Below the pieces are notes generated by a model. It did not search any database. It was not told the origin of the DNA and saw nothing but the letters and a program-made list of their open reading frames with translations. A DNA stretch of 32,000 nucleotides from assembly GCA_048882505.1 (NCBI GenBank), contig JBHLRO010000001.1, forward strand, positions 420,001 to 452,000, written 5' to 3'. The position numbers were made by a program, and so were the translations under genes. Positions 26,428-32,000 of the stretch are shown in pieces (position 1 is the stretch's first letter; every line of letters begins with the position of its first letter). This stretch comes from Candidatus Thorarchaeota archaeon (GTDB lineage: Archaea; Asgardarchaeota; Heimdallarchaeia; Hodarchaeales; Hodarchaeaceae).

Positions 26428-27099
26428 ATGTTGCCAAAAAGTGAATTTTCTAGTATAAAAGTAAATGGCTTGGCAAGGACTTCTATCAAATCAGGACTAG
26501 GTGTTCTTGTCATCCTATCCTTTATAGGAAGTTTTTTTATTCTAACCTCCTCAGGCGTGGAAGGTACCACTGTCGGTCGGATCATCGCACCCCTGTTTAT
26601 CTTTTCGGAAGCGCCCCTTCTATTTAATTTTGCTTATTTCATTATTCTAAGACTGGGATTGTTATCAAATACCAAGAATCCAGTGATTGGAAAAATCTCG
26701 AGTTTTTATACCTTGTACCACCCTCTGGGATTACTTTTCCATGGCATAACTTACGCTATCGTTGTGGGGATTGCGCTTACTCACATGCTGCTAGTCATCC
26801 AATATGCGGCGTACTGCGTCGTTATTATGGGGGTACTTGGTCTATTATGGCTATTCGAATATTTATTTTGGATTAACGGTTGGCCGCTGTATCCTGAGGA
26901 CAAGCCGCGCTTAATGACGTTGTATTGGATGCATTGGTTCATTTTATTCGGTACATTAATAGGCATCACATTTCACGCAAAAATTGCTAGTCTTTTCTGG
27001 ATGATATCAATCCCCTTCCTGTATCTGATTTTGATGACTGTGATATTACAGGATGTACGAAAAATAAGAAATCAAAAACGCAAAACGATGTTAAACTAA
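26428..27099 (+). CDS. Hypothetical integral membrane protein (about 6 TM)
   Basis: Multiple hydrophobic segments, several His residues in or near TM segments, basic C-terminal tail. Confidence 0.7.
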   Translation: MLPKSEFSSIKVNGLARTSIKSGLGVLVILSFIGSFFILTSSGVEGTTVGRIIAPLFIFSEAPLLFNFAYFIILRLGLLSNTKNPVIGKISSFYTLYHPLGLLFHGITYAIVVGIALTHMLLVIQYAAYCVVIMGVLGLLWLFEYLFWINGWPLYPEDKPRLMTLYWMHWFILFGTLIGITFHAKIASLFWMISIPFLYLILMTVILQDVRKIRNQKRKTMLN

Positions 27100-27137
27100 T
27101 GAAAAAGAATCGAAACTAAGTGATGAGGTGAATTAAT

Positions 27138-27668
27138 ATGACTCGTGCCCTGGTGTTATACCATTCCCTGTTTGGGAACACAAAAGACATTGCCCACAGC
27201 CTAGCACGTGGGATTCAAGAAACTGGAATTGAAACAGATTGTATGAGAACAGATGAGATCGATATAAACAAGATTTCTGAATATGACTTCCTGGCAATAG
27301 GCGGCCCGACACATAATATCGGCCTTTCAAAATCCATGAAGGCGTTTTTACACCAATTAAGACCCGTTAACCTCCGAGGAATGAAGGGGTTTAGTTTTGA
27401 TACTAGAAAACCCTCTCGACTGAATAAGAAAAGATGGTTGATCCTAGAAAATAGCGCTGCGAAAAGAATTGAGGCAGGAATGAAACGGATGAAGATAAAG
27501 ATAATTAAACCGCGTGAATCAGCTATTGTTTTAGGAAGAGAAGGCCCGCTCGAATCCAAAATGAATGCCAGATTCCAGAATATCGGTCAAAACATTGGAG
27601 GGATCTTGAACCGCCAAATAAGAACGAAACATTCCACTTTATTCAGTAAAAGTGTTGAAACGCCTTGA
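27138..27668 (+). CDS. Flavodoxin family protein
   Basis: YHSLFGNTKDIA, AIGGPT, GFSFDT. GAGGTGA SD. Confidence 0.88.
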   Translation: MTRALVLYHSLFGNTKDIAHSLARGIQETGIETDCMRTDEIDINKISEYDFLAIGGPTHNIGLSKSMKAFLHQLRPVNLRGMKGFSFDTRKPSRLNKKRWLILENSAAKRIEAGMKRMKIKIIKPRESAIVLGREGPLESKMNARFQNIGQNIGGILNRQIRTKHSTLFSKSVETP

Positions 27669-28525
27669 ATGATCAACAGATCTTAACCCTTATATGCAGT
27701 GGGCTTGCTATCCATCAATCTCTGGGCCGAAAAAAACCAACTATCTTTATTATGCCCTATCCACATGCTTCGGCCGCAATCCCTGTAATTAAATCGGATT
27801 TAGGTCTGATCCTCAGGCAGCTTGGGCATGAGGTTATTTCATTTGATCCTCCTGGTATATTTCAATCTTCGAGAGAACCCAGACTTGCAATGGAGGAAAT
27901 GGTGAGCTGCGCACGCGAAACAATTGAATTTCTAAATTTAACAGATGAGGAAATCCTATTGGTGGGACATTCAATGGGAGGCTTCTGTTCCTTGGCCTAT
28001 ATGCAAGAATATCCCGAATCTGTTACAAAAGTGGTATTAGTTGGAACTTTAGCTAGTTTTTCGGCGATTCGCAGACATTCAGGACTTCCTTGGTGGTTAA
28101 GCAAGTTTGATGGCAATTTTTGGCGGATTTTGTATTACGGAATTCGACTGATGTTCTTCAGAGGCAATCTGGCAGTTCAGAAGAAATTAAACAACTTGTA
28201 CGAAGAAGCAAGTTGGTATAAGAAGGAAAATGTGGTTCTCGAGACGATTGATGGGAAAGATAATCAGAAATCACCATCACCTAGAGCGAATTGGCCTCGA
28301 ATCGCTAGAAAGTATGATTTTTCTACATTTCTGCCCCGTACAACGCAGCCTGCTCTGATTCTGGTAGGGCGACACGATCCTCAAACCCCAGCTGGTTGCA
28401 GCGAGGAAATTCATGAGCTTATTCCTAACTCTCGCTTGGTTATATTTGAGAACAGCGGGCATTTTCCATTCAGCGAGGAACCAGAATTATTCTCTGAAGA
28501 AGTGGCCACCTTTCTAAAAAAGTAA
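27665..28525 (+). CDS. Alpha/beta-fold hydrolase (proline-iminopeptidase-like)
   Basis: GHSMGG, LVGRHDPQTP, SGHFPF. TTGA overlap with flavodoxin. Confidence 0.85.
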   Translation: MNDQQILTLICSGLAIHQSLGRKKPTIFIMPYPHASAAIPVIKSDLGLILRQLGHEVISFDPPGIFQSSREPRLAMEEMVSCARETIEFLNLTDEEILLVGHSMGGFCSLAYMQEYPESVTKVVLVGTLASFSAIRRHSGLPWWLSKFDGNFWRILYYGIRLMFFRGNLAVQKKLNNLYEEASWYKKENVVLETIDGKDNQKSPSPRANWPRIARKYDFSTFLPRTTQPALILVGRHDPQTPAGCSEEIHELIPNSRLVIFENSGHFPFSEEPELFSEEVATFLKK

Positions 28526-28593
28526 TCCGAATTGTCTCTCAACTCGTATTATTGGGGGAGATATTCTTTCTATTCATCTGTTTTTCCATGTTC

Positions 28594-29034
28594 TCAATTG
28601 TCAAAGTATCCTTGATCCCATGTTCGTGTGGGATCATTATTTCTAAGGTCAATTCCGAAATCTACAGCCCCTTTCAGGGCCATCAGCACTGATCCCCATC
28701 CGGCGATCACTTCTGTCCTGTCTACATTGGGAACCCCTTTATCTTTGACCTCCAAATCAGTTCCTCGTTGTCCATCTGATTTCACCATGAAAGAAACTTC
28801 GGATCCGCCAATATAGACGAGAGAAAAAAAAGTAGGTGCCTCTACTGCAAGAATCTTACCCTGCCATACAAAACCATTAGGAAAAGTGAATGTAATTGTA
28901 TCGGTTTCTTCATCGGTTTTCGCCCAAAACTTCTTTCTGCCATCATCTGTTGTAAGGAAGCTAAAAACTTCTTGAGGAGGCGAACTCAAATGAATTTTCC
29001 ATCGAATTATTTCAGGATCATTTTGAAATGGCAT
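28594..29034 (-). CDS. SRPBCC/AHSA1-like (START-fold) protein
   Basis: IHLSSPPQEVFSFLTT...W, and C-terminal helix GWGSVLMALK. The ATG at 29034 is preferred over the TTG at 29061. Confidence 0.8.
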   Translation of the reverse strand: MPFQNDPEIIRWKIHLSSPPQEVFSFLTTDDGRKKFWAKTDEETDTITFTFPNGFVWQGKILAVEAPTFFSLVYIGGSEVSFMVKSDGQRGTDLEVKDKGVPNVDRTEVIAGWGSVLMALKGAVDFGIDLRNNDPTRTWDQGYFDN

Positions 29035-29057
29035 GTTTCTAAACCACCAGATTCTAA

Positions 29058-30227
29058 TCAAAAAACATTGGCAATTCGTTCCAGGGCTTCCTCTAAAATA
29101 GATCTGGGACAGGCTATATTGATTCGCAGGAATCCTTCTCCGCCTGTTCCAAATATATCACCAGAGTCGAGTGCTACCTTGGCTTCTGTTAGCAGTTTAT
29201 CCTGTAATTCTTTAGGATTTAATCCAATTAATCTGAAATCAAGCCACACAAGGTAGGTTCCCTCTGGTTCAATTACGGACACCTTTGGAAGTTTGTTTGT
29301 CACAAAGGATTTCAGAATGGATAAATTTCGATTGATCACGCTGATCACAGAGTTCAACCACTCTTCTCCGGTCTCATATGCTACTTGTAATGCGATTGAT
29401 CCGAAAGAATTCGGTATAAAAAGGAACAATTTTTCCATTTGGATTTTGAAGTCCTCACGTAGCCGATCATTTGGAATTAGAATATTAGAATTTTGTAGCC
29501 CAGCCAGATTAAATGTCTTACTCCCTGAGGTACAGGTGATAGAGTTTTGGGCAAATTTTTCTGAAATACTGGCAAAAGGTGTATGCTGATGCCCTGGCAA
29601 TATTAAATCACACCAAATTTCATCTGCAATGACAAGAAGATTGTTTTCAAGACAGATGTCCCCTAATCTGTACAATTCATCTTTCGACCAAACTCTTCCA
29701 ACGGGATTGTGGGGGCTACATAAAATGAATAGTTTTGATCGAGGATCCTTAGCTTTTTCTTCAAGATCCTCAAAATCCATTTGATAACGAGATCCACTCA
29801 TCTTAAGCTGATTTGAGACAATCTGGCGGCCATTGTGTTCGATCAAATGCATAAAGGGATGATACACGGGGTGTTGAATAATGACATGGTCTCCTGGTTG
29901 AGTAAACCGTTGAACCATGTAGGTAACTGCAGGAACAACGCCTGGCGAAAACACGATCCATTTCTTGTTAATGCTCCAGCCATGCCGCCTCCTAAACCAA
30001 TTGATTACTGAATCGGAGTATTCTGAGCCTGGGAATGTATATCCAAAAATTCCATGACGAGCTCTATTTTCAAGAGCATCAATCACTGTTTGTGGAGTTC
30101 GAAAATCCATATCCGCCACCCAGAGTGGTAAGAGATCTTCATGTCCGAAATGCTCTTTTAAAAAAGCAGGGTCCCATTTTACTGAGCCTGTTCCCGATCG
30201 ATCAATGATTTCATCAAAGGAAGACAC
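29058..30227 (-). CDS. patB: PLP-dependent MalY/PatB family C-S lyase (cystathionine beta-lyase-like)
   Basis: LPLWVADMDF, LCSPHNPVGRVW, ADEIW, SGSKTFNLAGL, EGTYLVWLD, RINIACP. GGTGA SD before the GTG. Confidence 0.92.
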   Translation of the reverse strand: MSSFDEIIDRSGTGSVKWDPAFLKEHFGHEDLLPLWVADMDFRTPQTVIDALENRARHGIFGYTFPGSEYSDSVINWFRRRHGWSINKKWIVFSPGVVPAVTYMVQRFTQPGDHVIIQHPVYHPFMHLIEHNGRQIVSNQLKMSGSRYQMDFEDLEEKAKDPRSKLFILCSPHNPVGRVWSKDELYRLGDICLENNLLVIADEIWCDLILPGHQHTPFASISEKFAQNSITCTSGSKTFNLAGLQNSNILIPNDRLREDFKIQMEKLFLFIPNSFGSIALQVAYETGEEWLNSVISVINRNLSILKSFVTNKLPKVSVIEPEGTYLVWLDFRLIGLNPKELQDKLLTEAKVALDSGDIFGTGGEGFLRINIACPRSILEEALERIANVF

Positions 30228-30386
30228 AATATGTCACCAGGTTAATCATTTCAGATATCTACCAATGTCTCAGAGTCTTCTTGAATAAGCATTGTTTATA
30301 CCGAGATGATAGGGTTTATCAATCCACAATTTGCCTAAAATTATCAGAACTAATCTTCACAATTTCTGTTTAAAGGTGCTCTGATC

Positions 30387-30848
30387 ATGGTTGATTTTAG
30401 AAGTCTTCCAGATCCCATTTGGCGTGTATTAAAGCTCCCAGAACGATTATTCAGACTAGGATTTGGCCCCAAATTCGTCCTTCTTTTGACAACGATTGGC
30501 CGAAAATCGGGACGACGCTATGTGACTCCCCTACAGTATGAAGAACAGAATGATGTTCTTTATGTTGCTTCGGCGCGAGGTAGAAAAGCAGACTGGTATC
30601 GGAACATCAAGGCCAATCCGAATGTTGCAGTTCAAATTAAATCAAATTGTTTTCGGGGAATTGCGCACCAGATAGAACATCCTAAGCAAATCACAAAGTT
30701 TTTGGAACTTAGGATCAAAAACCATCCTAGAATGATGGGAGTAATGCTTCAGGCCGAGGGCCTATCGAAATCTCCATCTCTCGTCGAATTAGAAACTCTG
30801 GCAAGAAAGATTACTCTTGTAGGAATCACAAGACACATCGTGGCTTAG
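30387..30848 (+). CDS. Deazaflavin (F420H2)-dependent nitroreductase/quinone reductase family (Ddn-like)
   Basis: LLLTTIGRKSGRRYVTPL, VASARGRKADWYRNIKANPNV. Confidence 0.88.
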   Translation: MVDFRSLPDPIWRVLKLPERLFRLGFGPKFVLLLTTIGRKSGRRYVTPLQYEEQNDVLYVASARGRKADWYRNIKANPNVAVQIKSNCFRGIAHQIEHPKQITKFLELRIKNHPRMMGVMLQAEGLSKSPSLVELETLARKITLVGITRHIVA

Positions 30849-30939
30849 AAATGGTCGTACAATCCCGCCCTTACAATAAAGACAGAGAATTCTCTAGAAT
30901 CATGGAATTTCTGGCAGACTTATTTGATAAAACCAAGTC

Positions 30940-32000
30940 CTATGAAAATTGGTTTCCAGATCTATATATATCCTGAGATCTAACATCAGATACTCTTCGA
31001 TATGAAATAAAAGCAGCTAATATTGCAAAAAGCGAAAATACAAAATAAGTTTGTCCTAAACTAACGTAATAACTCGAAACGTTTATTATTTCGCCAGTAT
31101 CGTTGATGGCATTGTTCATAATGAGAAACAAGCCGAAAAATGCAGAACTCAAAGTTGTACCAAGAGCGAATCCAATGTTACGAGAAAGCCCAATAAGCCC
31201 TGAAACAACGCTAACATCGGTCGTCGGTGCCATATTCATCACTGAGGTCCCGTTTGAAACTGTAAACGTGGTTAAAGATCCAGCTGAAAGTGCCACAAGT
31301 GGTACCAGAATAATCAAAATCTCCAAAAGGTTTATTGGAAAAACATTAAGTAAAATTGCAAGACACATCACAAAAAAACTCAAGAAGATTGCTCCAATTG
31401 TAGTGGATCGTCTAGCTTCAACTTTTTCTGCAAAGAATCCGGCAAACGGGCCCATAATCGCCATTGCGAGGGGAGGAACAACCATTAGGATACCTGCTTC
31501 AGACTGTGTAAAATCCAGAACATCTTGATAGTAGAACGGCAATAGGAAGATGACAGTATAATACACCATGTAACACAGGAAAGAAGAAGTTACTCCAGTT
31601 AGAATGGTTCTATCCCGTAGAATATCAACAGAAACCATCGGAGTTGGATGGTTACTCTCTATATAAATGAAAATTGATCCAAATACCGCTGAGATCAAAA
31701 TGAAAACACTTCCTACTAGATCACCATTAAATATCGTCAGGATGCCTTGAACCATTGCAAATACTGCTATCAAAAATGTTATCATTCCTATATAATCCAG
31801 TTTGGAACGTTTTTCAGTCGTTTCGGGTATGAAGAATTGGACAAGGAGGATCCCGATAATCCCAATCGGGGCGTTTATCAAGAAGATACTTGGCCACCCT
31901 ACATACTGGGTGAGTACTCCTCCTAACATGGGTCCTGTTGAAAGTGCAAATGCTACAACCACAGAATTGATCCCGATGGCTCGGCCTCTAATTGAGGGTT
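30940..32000 (-). CDS. MFS transporter, DHA2-like (5' part beyond window)
   Basis: RGRAIGINS..., GPMLGGVLTQYVGWPSIFLINAPIG, multiple TMs. The frame is open to the window end. Confidence 0.9.
   Translation of the reverse strand, partial: PSIRGRAIGINSVVVAFALSTGPMLGGVLTQYVGWPSIFLINAPIGIIGILLVQFFIPETTEKRSKLDYIGMITFLIAVFAMVQGILTIFNGDLVGSVFILISAVFGSIFIYIESNHPTPMVSVDILRDRTILTGVTSSFLCYMVYYTVIFLLPFYYQDVLDFTQSEAGILMVVPPLAMAIMGPFAGFFAEKVEARRSTTIGAIFLSFFVMCLAILLNVFPINLLEILIILVPLVALSAGSLTTFTVSNGTSVMNMAPTTDVSVVSGLIGLSRNIGFALGTTLSSAFFGLFLIMNNAINDTGEIINVSSYYVSLGQTYFVFSLFAILAAFISYRRVSDVRSQDIYRSGNQFS

Noticed and set aside
593-31528. Numerous short overlapping opposite-strand ORFs in the track (e.g. 593..826, 11562..11981, 18822..19292, 31103..31528)
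   Set aside because: They lie entirely within well-supported genes and show no motifs.

Overview
Archaeal-looking genomic window: GGTGA/GGAGG Shine-Dalgarno sites, TTTA(A/T)ATA boxes, ATGA gene overlaps, small GTPase and zinc-ribbon-rich proteins. An Asgard origin (Heimdall/Hodarchaeal-like) is an inference, not established. Most genes are ordinary: FtsX-type ABC permease and ATPase, methyltransferase, ketopantoate reductase, GNAT, corrinoid protein, alpha/beta hydrolases, SagB-type nitroreductase, TetR, flavodoxin, SRPBCC, PatB/MalY, F420-dependent reductase and MFS transporter. Three things stand out. (1) A tandem-duplicated cassette (period about 708 bp, 5.55-6.66 kb, minus strand) that the ORF track misses. 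Each copy has a TATA box, a TGRCC-N10-GGYCA palindrome, a 21-aa Lys-rich peptide gene, a basic-head/poly-Glu/(DWDDE)n peptide gene and a 3' hairpin, with spacings conserved to within 1 nt. (2) An adjacent orphan SAVED-domain gene with no cyclase in the window. (3) A partly translationally coupled minus-strand cluster: MglA-like GTPase, tandem-wHTH-like protein, amidohydrolase, giant GCS2-fold carboxylate-amine ligase, CDC48N-vWA fusion and tandem GNAT. It lies head-to-head with a HerA/FtsK-like ATPase bearing a coiled coil and a long zinc-finger array, and may be a writer/eraser/reader protein- or peptide-modification system. All family calls come from motif recognition by eye; no searches were run.
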